From the NCBI GenBank assembly GCA_030745755.1, contig JASLOA010000041.1, forward strand, positions 6,515-70,514: a stretch of 64,000 nt of DNA, read 5' to 3'. Source of the stretch: Kiritimatiellia bacterium (GTDB taxonomy: Bacteria; Verrucomicrobiota; Kiritimatiellia; UBA8416; JABMPJ01). A model generated the notes under the pieces. That model had not been told where the DNA came from. It saw only the letters and a program-made list of their open reading frames with translations, and did not search any database. Positions 31,295-40,920 of this stretch are shown here, one piece after another; position 1 is the stretch's first letter, and the number at the start of each line of letters is the position of its first letter. The position numbers were made by a program, and so were the translations under genes.

Positions 31295-32866
31295 GTGCAG
31301 CCCATGCAGAGAAAGCGCATCAACCTGGAGCAGGGGTGGCTGTTCCGGCAGCGGGGGAAGAGTGCGGCTGTGACGCTACCCCACTGCTGGAATGTCGACG
31401 ACACCTTTCGCCCGGGCGTGGCCTACTTTCGCGGCAAGGGTTCCTACACCTGCACCTTCAGTCTGCCGGGTCAGCATGATGCCGCGGCAGAGTGGTTTCT
31501 CTGTTCCGAGGGCTTCTATGGCAGGGGCGCGGTGGAAATGAACGGGAAGTCGTTAGGAAGGGTCGACGGTTCCTACCTGGGCTTCTGCATCAACGTGTCA
31601 GAGTCGCTGATGCCGGGATCCGAGAACGTGCTTTCTATCACACTCAACAACAGGCACCACCGTTACATGCTGCCGGGAATCAAGGACCCCGATTTTGTTC
31701 TCTATGGAGGGCTGGCCGGTCGTGTCTGGCTGGAACGCCGGCCGCTGATGAGGTTTGTCGATGACCGCATTCACATTCGCTGCGTCGACGATACGGTCCA
31801 GATTGACTGCGACCTGTGCGGCGTCAACGGGGCAGGGGATGTGAGCGTCTCGTGGCAGATCCTGGACGCGGCAGGGAACGGCATGGCCGAGGCCAGCGCC
31901 GACGCGGCGGGACGAACCACGTTTAGTGGCCTTGCCCGGTTTGACCGTTGGGATGTTGAGTCGCCTACGCTCTACACGGCGCAGGGCGTGCTGTCCGTGG
32001 ACGGGAAACCGGTTGACGAGGTGAGCAGACGGTTTGGCGTGCGTACGATCGAGTTCCGGAGAGGGGAAGGGTTTATCCTTAACGGTCGGCGTGTAGAGAT
32101 TCGCGGCTGCAACCGGCATGAGAGCATGCCCGGTTACGGTTCCGCACTGTCCCCTGACCAGCATCGCGCCGATGCGGAGGCCATCAGGGATATGGGCCTC
32201 AACGCGGTGCGCCTGGCGCACTATCCGCAGCATCCAGCCTTCCTGGACGCGTGCGACGAGATGGGTATCCTGGTTTATGCCGAGATCGCAACCTGGAAGA
32301 GCGTGACGACCGGCGGGTGGTTGGATGCCGCAGAGCGGCAACTGCGCGGCATGATCCTGCGTGATCGCCATCACCCGAGCATCATTCTGTGGGGGCTCGG
32401 CAACGAATCGCGCTCACGACCGGCCTACGAACGATTGGGTGCCGTTGCGCACGAGCTGGACCCGGATCGCTTCACCATCTACGCCGAGAACCATCTCTAT
32501 CGTGCCAAGCGACAGAATGCGCTCAACCTGGTGGATGTCTGGGGCTGCAACTACGAGTTGGATGTGCTCGACGAAGTGGTGGACTACTGCACAACAGGCG
32601 TGGCCCTCGTCAGCGAGTGCTCGAACAGTCCGCACGCCGTCCCGGGCGACGAGGCGATGGAGCAGGACCAGGTGGAACGCATCGCGCGCGACCTCGACAC
32701 CATCGCCGCCCATCCAGCCTGCGCCGGATTCTTCATCTGGTCCTTCCAGGACTACGCCACGCTAAGGAAGAAACGCTACAAACGCCACTGCGGCCTGGTC
32801 GACGCCTGGCGCCAGCCGAAACCGGCAGCCAGGATGCTCAAGGAACGCTTCAAGAACTCCGTCTGA
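31295..32866 (+). CDS. Glycoside hydrolase family 2 (beta-galactosidase/glucuronidase-like)
   Basis: TLPHCWN, GCNRHE, NAVRLAHYP, CDEMGILV and HHPSIILWGLGNE motifs. Confidence 0.9.
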   Translation: MQPMQRKRINLEQGWLFRQRGKSAAVTLPHCWNVDDTFRPGVAYFRGKGSYTCTFSLPGQHDAAAEWFLCSEGFYGRGAVEMNGKSLGRVDGSYLGFCINVSESLMPGSENVLSITLNNRHHRYMLPGIKDPDFVLYGGLAGRVWLERRPLMRFVDDRIHIRCVDDTVQIDCDLCGVNGAGDVSVSWQILDAAGNGMAEASADAAGRTTFSGLARFDRWDVESPTLYTAQGVLSVDGKPVDEVSRRFGVRTIEFRRGEGFILNGRRVEIRGCNRHESMPGYGSALSPDQHRADAEAIRDMGLNAVRLAHYPQHPAFLDACDEMGILVYAEIATWKSVTTGGWLDAAERQLRGMILRDRHHPSIILWGLGNESRSRPAYERLGAVAHELDPDRFTIYAENHLYRAKRQNALNLVDVWGCNYELDVLDEVVDYCTTGVALVSECSNSPHAVPGDEAMEQDQVERIARDLDTIAAHPACAGFFIWSFQDYATLRKKRYKRHCGLVDAWRQPKPAARMLKERFKNSV

Positions 32867-32984
32867 GTTGTAGTCGGCCTGCTTGACCAGAGGAACTCGC
32901 TAAGGGCGACTGCGATCCTCTGCGTCAAGAGATGATTGATGCACGTGTCTGGGCATGTCATACTCTCAACAGTGAGGTGAAACC

Positions 32985-33191
32985 ATGGTGACATTGCATC
33001 CAGAGTATCTCGTTGACGAAGAACAGCACCGGAAGGCTGTGCTGTTGCCTGTTGCGGAGTGGGAACGCATTGTCGAGGAACTGGAACACCTTGACGATAT
33101 TCGCGCATATGATGGCGCGAAGGCCAGATCTCAAGACGCCATCCCTTTTGAACGCGCCGTGCGCGAGATTCAAGAGGGATACGGCGAATGA
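32985..33191 (+). CDS. Putative antitoxin
   Basis: Small acidic ORF overlapping the relE start. Confidence 0.75.
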   Translation: MVTLHPEYLVDEEQHRKAVLLPVAEWERIVEELEHLDDIRAYDGAKARSQDAIPFERAVREIQEGYGE

Positions 33192-33442
33192 CGTATGCCG
33201 TTGAGATTCTTCGTGCCGCTCAGAAGCAACTCGCTAAGATTGACCGACAGGCACAGGCTCGTGTCATCGATGCGGTCAGGGCACTTGCTGACAATCCTCG
33301 CCCTTCAGGATGTAAGAAGCTCGCCGGACGGCCCGCTTGGCGTATCCGCGTTGGTTCTTACCGGGTGATCTACGAGATTCACGATGGCCGACTTACAGTG
33401 CTGGTTGTCGCTGTCGGTGACCGGAAAGACGTGTATCGCTAG
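33188..33442 (+). CDS. RelE/ParE-family toxin
   Basis: NPRPSGCKKL and WRIRVGSYRVIYEI motifs. Confidence 0.9.
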   Translation: MTYAVEILRAAQKQLAKIDRQAQARVIDAVRALADNPRPSGCKKLAGRPAWRIRVGSYRVIYEIHDGRLTVLVVAVGDRKDVYR

Positions 33443-33467
33443 AGCCGCGCGTCCAGCGCGGCTCTAG
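33439..33467. terminator. Perfect CTAG-bounded hairpin joining two convergent stop codons
   Basis: CTAGAGCCGCGC-GTCCA-GCGCGGCTCTAG. Confidence 0.65.
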
Positions 33468-34528
33468 ATGCTGCATAGCCACTGGGGCAGATCTGCTGGT
33501 GTCATCATAGGAATGCCCAGGGCCGTGTAAAGATCGGTCATCAGCTTGGGCGGTGCGTCGTGGACCATCAAGGCCACCACCGGCAGGGCTGGGCGGAGCC
33601 ACTTAGTAGTCAGCAGTGTCGACGAGATATCTCCTGCCACCAGGCAGTCGTCATCCAGTAGCGTCAGCAAAACCTCCATGCCGGTTGTCGGTTCCAGGAT
33701 GGCCGTGCCCGGGAAGATCTGCTGCAGGACCTGTCGGTTCGTGATACGCGGATGGGGCTTGATCGCCACCTGCGAAGGCGCGAAGTGATCCAGCAGCGAG
33801 CGGCTGACTGCCTCGTATGTTTGCGGCGCGCCCAGGTAGCTGGCTTCGTGGGGGAGGGTGACGACCAGTTTCACTCCTTGCAGGGCTTCCGCGTACTCCT
33901 CGCCATCCGGGAGCAAGTCCCTCGCCAGTGCCTTGAACTGTGACAGGGAGAAGGGCTCAGGGGCAATTCGCACGAGCTCCTTGGGTTTGAGCAAGGGGTG
34001 CACGTGCTCAGGGAACGCCGCGTAGATCGTCTCTATCCAGTCGGACGCCCCGGTGGTCAGGGCCGGCTTGTACCAGCGGCCGATAAAGAGACGCTTGACC
34101 AGTGGGTCGATGGTGCGGTGGGCAAAGCTGCCCATGGATTTGTGCCCGAAGTAGGTTACGGCACCCTCGTCCATGTAAACGCCCTTTGGCCGGCTGCCGG
34201 CCTGTGACGCCACGTGCATGGCGTACTGGAACTCGAGGCGACGATCGTTGCCGGTAAAGATGCGCGCATCACTTATGTCGGCCAGCTGTGCTTTGATTGT
34301 CTGGAAGCGCGGTCCACGGATACGACGGCTTCCGTGGGCGTCGTGCGGCAGCACAACAACCCGGTTGAAGATGTCTGGGTGCTTTTCTGCAGTCAGGCGG
34401 AATCGATCAGCCATAGCGGCGTCACGTGCCACGATGAGCAACACACGTTCGTGATCCTCACTTTGCAGGGAAATGTTGGCTGCGATAAGAAAATGGAGAG
34501 GAGAGGATACCAGAAAGTAGTCGCTCAC
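33464..34528 (-). CDS. Sialyltransferase-like (CMP-nonulosonate/Kdo transferase) glycosyltransferase
   Basis: SSPLH N-terminus, YMDEG and IKPHP motifs; GTG start with GGAGG RBS. Confidence 0.65.
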   Translation of the reverse strand: MSDYFLVSSPLHFLIAANISLQSEDHERVLLIVARDAAMADRFRLTAEKHPDIFNRVVVLPHDAHGSRRIRGPRFQTIKAQLADISDARIFTGNDRRLEFQYAMHVASQAGSRPKGVYMDEGAVTYFGHKSMGSFAHRTIDPLVKRLFIGRWYKPALTTGASDWIETIYAAFPEHVHPLLKPKELVRIAPEPFSLSQFKALARDLLPDGEEYAEALQGVKLVVTLPHEASYLGAPQTYEAVSRSLLDHFAPSQVAIKPHPRITNRQVLQQIFPGTAILEPTTGMEVLLTLLDDDCLVAGDISSTLLTTKWLRPALPVVALMVHDAPPKLMTDLYTALGIPMMTPADLPQWLCSI

Positions 34529-34538
34529 ATGTCCCTCC

Positions 34539-35573
34539 CTATCCTTGTGGATTGCTGGTGATGGAATCGAACATGTCATCAATCTTTTGTCGTGCCGAAT
34601 CGTTGAAGGCTTTGATCGTGGCTTCAACTGTCGGGTGCCTGTCAATGGCACGCTCAAGACCGTTGTGCAGCGAGGCGTGGTCTCTCTTGTAAAGCAGGTA
34701 GATGTTGCGCGGGAGTCCCACGTCCATGAGTAAGGCCTCGATCTTGCCCGAATTCGAAGGCACGGCAATGAACGGCGTGTTCTGTTGCAAGGCGAAGCAG
34801 AGCGCGTGGTATCGGCCGGTGCAGATGGCGCGCGCGGACGCGATCTGTGCGATCAGCTCCGGAGTGTCGTCTGTTGAGTGGCAGAGCGCTTTGTATCGAG
34901 GAGGGACCGCATCGGGTAGCTGGTTGGAGAGCGAGGGGAGCAGAGTATACTTGAGTCGTTTGAGCCCATCTCGCATACCGCGCGTGTGGTGCAGATGTCT
35001 TGTGAAGAGCGTTATGAAGTCCATGTCCGGGTCGTTCTTGCTCTGGTCCAATGCCCACTCGGTCCAGCTAGTGAATACAGAGTCCGTGCAGACATAGCGG
35101 CCGTTCTCTGTTCTTGGGAATATGGGGTAATCGTAGAACGTGAGATCGGGAGCATAGTCAGCATCTACACCAATGCCGGCCAGGCGCTCCTGGCTGCGGC
35201 GATCACGGACACTGATCGTTGTGCAGCGGTCCAGAACCGGCTTCCAACTCACACTGTCATTGTCTTGCCATGTCGTGTTGATGATGGCGACAGGGCGCGT
35301 AGCTTGCAGCTCCCTGCAGAGACCAAGGAGGCGACGGGCATTACGGCTGTTGTGATGGAGCGAGCCTTCCCCGTTAACGATAACCATCGATGCGGCGTCG
35401 ATCCTTTCCCTGAAGCGACCCAGTTGCGAGGGTTTTGCACTGACAGGGAGAGAGCCCGTGCAGGTCCACCCGCGCGCTGCCATTCCCCGGTGGAGATTCC
35501 GTATAACTGTCAGGCCGCCGTGGTGGTTGTCGTAGCGGGTGTCGTTGACTAGAAAATAGGAAGGGTCTGCCAT
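34539..35573 (-). CDS. Polysaccharide pyruvyl transferase family protein
   Basis: LVNDT...HHG, VNGEGSLHH, ISVRD, PDL and TGRYHA motifs. Confidence 0.8.
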   Translation of the reverse strand: MADPSYFLVNDTRYDNHHGGLTVIRNLHRGMAARGWTCTGSLPVSAKPSQLGRFRERIDAASMVIVNGEGSLHHNSRNARRLLGLCRELQATRPVAIINTTWQDNDSVSWKPVLDRCTTISVRDRRSQERLAGIGVDADYAPDLTFYDYPIFPRTENGRYVCTDSVFTSWTEWALDQSKNDPDMDFITLFTRHLHHTRGMRDGLKRLKYTLLPSLSNQLPDAVPPRYKALCHSTDDTPELIAQIASARAICTGRYHALCFALQQNTPFIAVPSNSGKIEALLMDVGLPRNIYLLYKRDHASLHNGLERAIDRHPTVEATIKAFNDSARQKIDDMFDSITSNPQG

Positions 35574-36472
35574 TACTGCTGTTCCTGGATGCGACGGATC
35601 TTGCTTCGGACCCTGGACGAAACGGTGCCCTGCTTGTAGCGTCCCTTCTGAATGTGGCGGATCTGGTAGACTCCGTCGACCTCCAGGGGGGTTCCCTGGG
35701 TGCCGACTAACCAACGAAACGCGCGATCTTCGTAGCACTTGCACCAGTGGTCGGCCGGCGACTGGTAAACGCGCAGACTGTTGCAGTAGCCGATGGCCCG
35801 GGCGACATCGCCATGGATGATCTGGAACGCGCCTTTAGCGCGGTCGCGTTCATGCAACTCGAACTCGGACGGGTTGATGTCGACGAGTTGGACCGCGTTG
35901 CCATTCTGGAGAATGTCACTGTGCTCCGGGAGCATCGGCGTGGTGCGCTCTTGGCGCGGGTAGACCAGGATATCGTTGCGGCCCTGGAGCTGTTCGGCGA
36001 GGGAGTCGAGGCAGTTGGCATGAAACACGATATCGCAGTCAGTCATCCAGACCCAGTCGGCCTTGGAGGCAAGCGCTGCGCGGTTGCGCCCAATGCCGCG
36101 CCGGAACAGCTCGCCCTCGGGAAGCGGCTGCGGGTTCCACGTGACGTTTGGAATATCGTATCCGGCAATGAAATCAAGCAGCGCGACCGTGGCGAGGTCC
36201 GATTCTGCGTAGAAGATGGTAACGGTAAGCGAGAGCTTGGTGGGGGGGTGGGCGATAAAGGAACTGAGCTGGTAAACCAGCATGCGCGCGTACTGCCAGC
36301 AATGGGTTACAATCTCCAGCGATGGGGTCGCGCCTGACCGGCGACGGCTGGCGGCGGCCGGAATCGGCGCACGGAACCAGGATGCCGGCAACAGCCCACT
36401 GGCCGCCCATCGCATGCCTAAGCCGAGCATACGGTCATACCAGCGCGGTGGATAGAGTGTGGGGGTCGACAT
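35573..36472 (-). CDS. Glycosyltransferase (GT2-like, GT-A fold)
   Basis: GRNRAAL, WVWMTDCD (DxD) and ED..F motifs. Confidence 0.75.
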   Translation of the reverse strand: MSTPTLYPPRWYDRMLGLGMRWAASGLLPASWFRAPIPAAASRRRSGATPSLEIVTHCWQYARMLVYQLSSFIAHPPTKLSLTVTIFYAESDLATVALLDFIAGYDIPNVTWNPQPLPEGELFRRGIGRNRAALASKADWVWMTDCDIVFHANCLDSLAEQLQGRNDILVYPRQERTTPMLPEHSDILQNGNAVQLVDINPSEFELHERDRAKGAFQIIHGDVARAIGYCNSLRVYQSPADHWCKCYEDRAFRWLVGTQGTPLEVDGVYQIRHIQKGRYKQGTVSSRVRSKIRRIQEQQ

Positions 36473-36514
36473 GGCCTAAACTATAGGACGGCACGTTGGC
36501 GTTGGCGAGCGAGA

Positions 36515-37216
36515 TCAGCCGTCTGTGGTTAATGAAAGCGCCAACTGCTGTTTCAGGGCGTCGTCCGACCGGCATGTGCATATCAGCGCTTCCAGTTGGG
36601 CGGTTTCGGCCTCGGCATCTTCCGGCACGCAGCCAACGACTGAACAGTGATCTATGATGTAACCTCTAACTTGCTGGCGAATGCAGCTCAAAATCTTGTC
36701 GGGACGCACACCGGAAGCCTGCACGTGCTCCAGCCGGCACCGAAGCTTTGGGCGAAGCTTGAATACGTTCTCCGTAAGGAATCCACACGTGGGCCCGAGA
36801 TCTTCGTCATCACGCTGAAACGCTTCAATAAAGCAGAGACCCAATGGTTGCGGCCCGAGTCCCGCCTGCCACAGTCGGGCATTGACGATCCAGAGCTCGG
36901 CAAGACGTCTTGTGATCGTGGTGGTTAGAGCTCTGTTCCACTCGTCTGAAACATATCGTCCGAGAGCAATGCCGGATTGTGTGTGTATCTTGTCCGAAGG
37001 GCGCGAGGGATGGATGCAATCAATGGAGCCATTCCGCGCGTGGAAGAGCTTGGCTGTCAGGCCGGGCAGGTAGAACATCCAGCAACCGAGTGATGCGTCG
37101 TAGACCTTATCGTCCACTACCGCGCTTCCGTTTCTGGTGTCGAGCGCTAAGCGTCTCAGACGGTAGATTCGAAGCGCCTTCGCCAGTCCGGGTGTGACTG
37201 TTCTCTTGAAGTGCAT
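36515..37216 (-). CDS. Hypothetical protein in glycan locus
   Basis: 233-aa ORF, visibly lower GC than its flanks; no firm motif. Confidence 0.6.
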   Translation of the reverse strand: MHFKRTVTPGLAKALRIYRLRRLALDTRNGSAVVDDKVYDASLGCWMFYLPGLTAKLFHARNGSIDCIHPSRPSDKIHTQSGIALGRYVSDEWNRALTTTITRRLAELWIVNARLWQAGLGPQPLGLCFIEAFQRDDEDLGPTCGFLTENVFKLRPKLRCRLEHVQASGVRPDKILSCIRQQVRGYIIDHCSVVGCVPEDAEAETAQLEALICTCRSDDALKQQLALSLTTDG

Positions 37217-37327
37217 GATTCATGAAAGCCTAACGCGTCCTGCACCGCTCAATCCACCACAAAAAGACTTAGACTACGCGTCTGGGCCAAGTGTGCTGCT
37301 TGCCACGTGACCTAACCTGCTGGTAGC

Positions 37328-38488
37328 ATGCAAAGCATCGTGAAGGGGCAAACACCTATAGAACGGCTGGCTATCGTCTATCCGAAGGCCATAGGCGATT
37401 TTCTCTTCGTTCTGCCCGCACTCCACACGATCCGTCGGGCTTTCCCGGATACGCATATCACGCTGGTAATCAAACAGAAGCAGGCTCCCCTGGCCGAACC
37501 GCAAAAGGGAGTGCTCTGCGACGCTATTCTCACCCTCGGCGGGGGCATGAGCTGGCGGGAGGTCCGCAAGCAGTTGGCCAGGGCGAAGGTGGATACGGTG
37601 ATCGACATGGTGGGGAACGACCAGTCGGGACTCCTCCTCTCGTGGCGCGGCGGCCGGCGGATTCGTCCGCACCGGACCGACTGCAAGGGGCTGTGTGCCA
37701 TGTACTCGCCCTGGGCGGAGAGCATGCCGCCGTCTGATGCCGGTGTCCATCGCGTTGACGAACTGCTCGCGTTTGCACGTTATCTTGGCGCGGATGATCC
37801 GGTCTACTCGTTTCAGCTTCAACTCCCCGGCCCGGCCGTCGAGGCGAGCGAGCGCATGATCGCCACATACGATTTGAGATCAGGAACCGTCGTGGCGCTC
37901 AACCTCGGTGCCAGCCGTGACACCAAGCGCTGGCCGGCAGCCCACATCAGGACGCTGGTCGAAGGGTTGATCGCCAAGGGGCTGCGCGTCGTGCTGATGG
38001 GGGCGGCGGAGTTCAAGTCGGATGACCATTGGGACCGGCGTACCGTGGAACAACTGCGTGCGGACGGGGTGGTGGATGATTCGAACTGTATCGACCTCGT
38101 CACGGAAGGCAACCTGCCGCCCGACCTGCACCTGCAGCGTGATGCCCACTTTCTGCGCTACGCCAACGTGGCCGAAGTTGTCGTGGGCGACGATACCGGT
38201 GCCCTGCATATCGCCGGGTCGGTCGGCGAGGATGCCAGGCGCAAGACCGTGTCGCTCTTTGGCCCCACGAATTGGGGTCGCTACGCGCCGTACGACCCGT
38301 CGCGGAGCTATCCCGATAACCCGTCCGGCGATTGGAATCGTGTGTTGTGCGCCGATGTGGACTGTCTGCCCAGCGGTACCGAAGAGGCCTGTCACTATTA
38401 CCGCAAGGGATGTGGCCACAAACGGTGCATGCACGAACTGAGTCCGGATCGCGTTCTGGAGTGTGTCATGGATATGGTGAAAGCGTGA
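37328..38488 (+). CDS. GT9 (heptosyltransferase-like) glycosyltransferase
   Basis: AIGD....PAL, KRWP, DTGALHIA and SLFGPT motifs; Cys-rich tail. Confidence 0.88.
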   Translation: MQSIVKGQTPIERLAIVYPKAIGDFLFVLPALHTIRRAFPDTHITLVIKQKQAPLAEPQKGVLCDAILTLGGGMSWREVRKQLARAKVDTVIDMVGNDQSGLLLSWRGGRRIRPHRTDCKGLCAMYSPWAESMPPSDAGVHRVDELLAFARYLGADDPVYSFQLQLPGPAVEASERMIATYDLRSGTVVALNLGASRDTKRWPAAHIRTLVEGLIAKGLRVVLMGAAEFKSDDHWDRRTVEQLRADGVVDDSNCIDLVTEGNLPPDLHLQRDAHFLRYANVAEVVVGDDTGALHIAGSVGEDARRKTVSLFGPTNWGRYAPYDPSRSYPDNPSGDWNRVLCADVDCLPSGTEEACHYYRKGCGHKRCMHELSPDRVLECVMDMVKA

Positions 38489-39639
38489 AGAAGAACGAAA
38501 GCGTCCTGGTGGTCTACTCCGGCTGGCTGGGTGATCTCGTCTGGATTTTCCCCGTAATCCGCGCCCTCGGTTCGGCCTACGAGTCGGTTTCGCTGGTGGT
38601 GTCGAAAACCCAGGCCCCGCTGGCCACGGTGCTGGAGAACGGGCTGGTTGACGTCCTCTATATCGATGACTCGTCCAACCGTATGGCCACGGCGCGACAC
38701 GTAAGGCGGGCCGCACGCGCGCGTGGAACCAAGACGTTTATCGATCTGAAGGGACGCGGAAAGACCGGACTCTACATCCCGTGGGGTAGGGGACAGACCG
38801 TTCTGATCCCGCACAAGTCGGATGCTCGGGAGTATATCTTTGCCCGCATGCTGCACCCGTCGGCGGGATGTCTGCCCCCGCGCTCAACCGGTCACATGGT
38901 GGACGCTTACCTGAGCGGACTGGCCGGGCTGGGTATCGAGGATGTCCCCGTGTCGTTTGAGCTCCCCTTCGACACTGCGACGACCGAAGCCGCGGAGGCG
39001 ATTGTGGCGCGTGAGGGATTGCGTGAGCAGAAGAGTATCGCCCTGAATATCGGCTCTGCCCAGTTCAGCAAGATATGGCCGGCCGAGAATTTCCTGCGCC
39101 TGGCCGAGATCCTGGAAAGCGATCTGGACTGCAAGGTCGTGATCATGGGCGCACGTGACTTCAGTCCTAACGACAACTACGATCTGCATACGTCGGAAGC
39201 CATCTTTGAAACGGCAGCGTTCACGAATCTTATTCCGGAAACGACTTTGCCGGTTGACGCCTATCTACTGCAGTCAGGCGCTTTCTCCCTTGTGATCGGA
39301 AACGACAGCTTCGCCGGCCACATGGCCGGGTCCGCGAGCGAAGTGGAGGCAGGAACCGAGGGCGCCGTGCAGGCGGACAACGGTTGCTGGTACAAGGGCA
39401 ATCCGACGCTCTCGCTCTTTGGTCCGACCAACCCGCTGTACTGCCGTCCGTATGACCCGACGGATTCGTTCAACACGGTCGTGATGCCGGAGACCTATCC
39501 GGATATCTGCGTTTACGACCACGAATCGCATATCTGTCCCCACTACGGTGACCGCTACTGTGTGGACCGTGCCCACTGTATGGCGGAGTTGAAGGTCGAA
39601 CAAGTGGTGACCGCCGTGGAGCAGAAACTGGGAGGCTAG
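38485..39639 (+). CDS. GT9 (heptosyltransferase-like) glycosyltransferase
   Basis: LGDLV, KIWP, GNDS..GHMA and SLFGPTNP motifs; Cys-rich tail; GTG start overlaps the upstream stop. Confidence 0.88.
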   Translation: MKKNESVLVVYSGWLGDLVWIFPVIRALGSAYESVSLVVSKTQAPLATVLENGLVDVLYIDDSSNRMATARHVRRAARARGTKTFIDLKGRGKTGLYIPWGRGQTVLIPHKSDAREYIFARMLHPSAGCLPPRSTGHMVDAYLSGLAGLGIEDVPVSFELPFDTATTEAAEAIVAREGLREQKSIALNIGSAQFSKIWPAENFLRLAEILESDLDCKVVIMGARDFSPNDNYDLHTSEAIFETAAFTNLIPETTLPVDAYLLQSGAFSLVIGNDSFAGHMAGSASEVEAGTEGAVQADNGCWYKGNPTLSLFGPTNPLYCRPYDPTDSFNTVVMPETYPDICVYDHESHICPHYGDRYCVDRAHCMAELKVEQVVTAVEQKLGG

Positions 39640-39792
39640 TGTTTTTTTGCGCAATCGAACTTTCAAGATGCGTAAGTTCTTGTCATTCCGAGCAACGCGA
39701 GGAATCTCATACCCATGTTGGGGAAGAGATCCCTCGGCTTCGCTCGGGATGACAGACGAAGTATTCACCGTGGTTCCTAGACAATACACTGG
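39636..39792. repeat. CTAGTGT...ACACTGG composite element containing a REP doublet
   Basis: Inner doublet 39681-39754 with 17-nt spacer. Confidence 0.85.
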
Positions 39793-39806
39793 CGGATAGT
39801 CTAACT

Positions 39807-40817
39807 ATGAATACCGAACTGAATGTTGATGAACTGCTCAACCGGTTGGCATCGGTACGCGTCGGGGTTGTAGGCGATTTCTGCCTGGATGGCTATTGGG
39901 AGCTGGACGGCAGTCTCTCTGAGCGCTCAGTGGAAACGGGTTTGCCGACCCGGTCCGTTCGCAGTCAACGCTACACCCTGGGGGCCGCGGGCAACGTAGC
40001 CGCCAATCTGCGTGCCATGGGCGTGGTAAGCGTGTCGGTCTATGGTGTGACAGGGAGCGACCCCTTCGGCCGCCAGGAGCGCGAGTTGATGCGGGAGCAG
40101 GGAGTGGGTGTCCGCGGACTCGTCGAGCAGGACGAGAACTGGTTGACCCACGTCTTCATCAAACCGTTGGAAGACGGTGTTGAGGCCAGTCGCATTGATT
40201 TCGGCAACGCCAATCGGCTGACGGACGGCGTTGCCCGACGGGTCCTCGAAGAACTGGCGGGTAGCTGTGCCGACCTTGATGTGGTCATCATCAACCAGCA
40301 GGTCACAGGCGGCATCCATGAATCGGAGCTGTTCCAAGACGAGCTGCAGACTCTTATTGCGGCCAATCCCGACAAGCTGTTCCTTCTGGACAGTCGTGAC
40401 ATGTGCCGACGCTATGAGGGCACCATCCGCAAGATCAATGCGTGCGAAGCCATGCGGTTGATGGGAGCCGAGGTGGATCCGCTGGATCCGATCAGCGATG
40501 ACGCTGCCCGCGCCGCCGGTGTAAGGCTCGCGGAGGAGTGGGAGAAGCCGCTTTTTGTGACGCAGGGCAAACGCGGCTGCCTGGTGATCGATGGTGACCG
40601 CGCTGATGTCGTGCCCGCCGTGCCGGACAGGAGCCCCACTGATCCTGTGGGCGCAGGCGACAGTATGGTCGCAGGCATCGCTGCCGCCCTGGCCGCGGGC
40701 CATACGCCCTATGAAGCGGCGGCCTTCGGCAGCCTGGTGGCCGGCGTCACGGTGCAGAAGCTCCACCAGACTGGGACGGCCACGCCCGGCGAGATACGCG
40801 CGATCGCACAGGCGTGA
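39807..40817 (+). CDS. HldA/RfaE-type heptose-7-phosphate kinase (PfkB family)
   Basis: VGDFCLD.Y, GAAGNVAANL, D.VGAGD and V.K..TGTA motifs; next to the GT9 genes. Confidence 0.8.
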   Translation: MNTELNVDELLNRLASVRVGVVGDFCLDGYWELDGSLSERSVETGLPTRSVRSQRYTLGAAGNVAANLRAMGVVSVSVYGVTGSDPFGRQERELMREQGVGVRGLVEQDENWLTHVFIKPLEDGVEASRIDFGNANRLTDGVARRVLEELAGSCADLDVVIINQQVTGGIHESELFQDELQTLIAANPDKLFLLDSRDMCRRYEGTIRKINACEAMRLMGAEVDPLDPISDDAARAAGVRLAEEWEKPLFVTQGKRGCLVIDGDRADVVPAVPDRSPTDPVGAGDSMVAGIAAALAAGHTPYEAAAFGSLVAGVTVQKLHQTGTATPGEIRAIAQA

Positions 40818-40920
40818 CCCCTCTCCTGTTCCCGATCCCTGGCTGAAAAGGCAGTTGTGTTTCTCTGAAGACGGGCCATAATAATAGGAACCAGAGGTGA
40901 CGTGCATGGGGATGTTGCGC

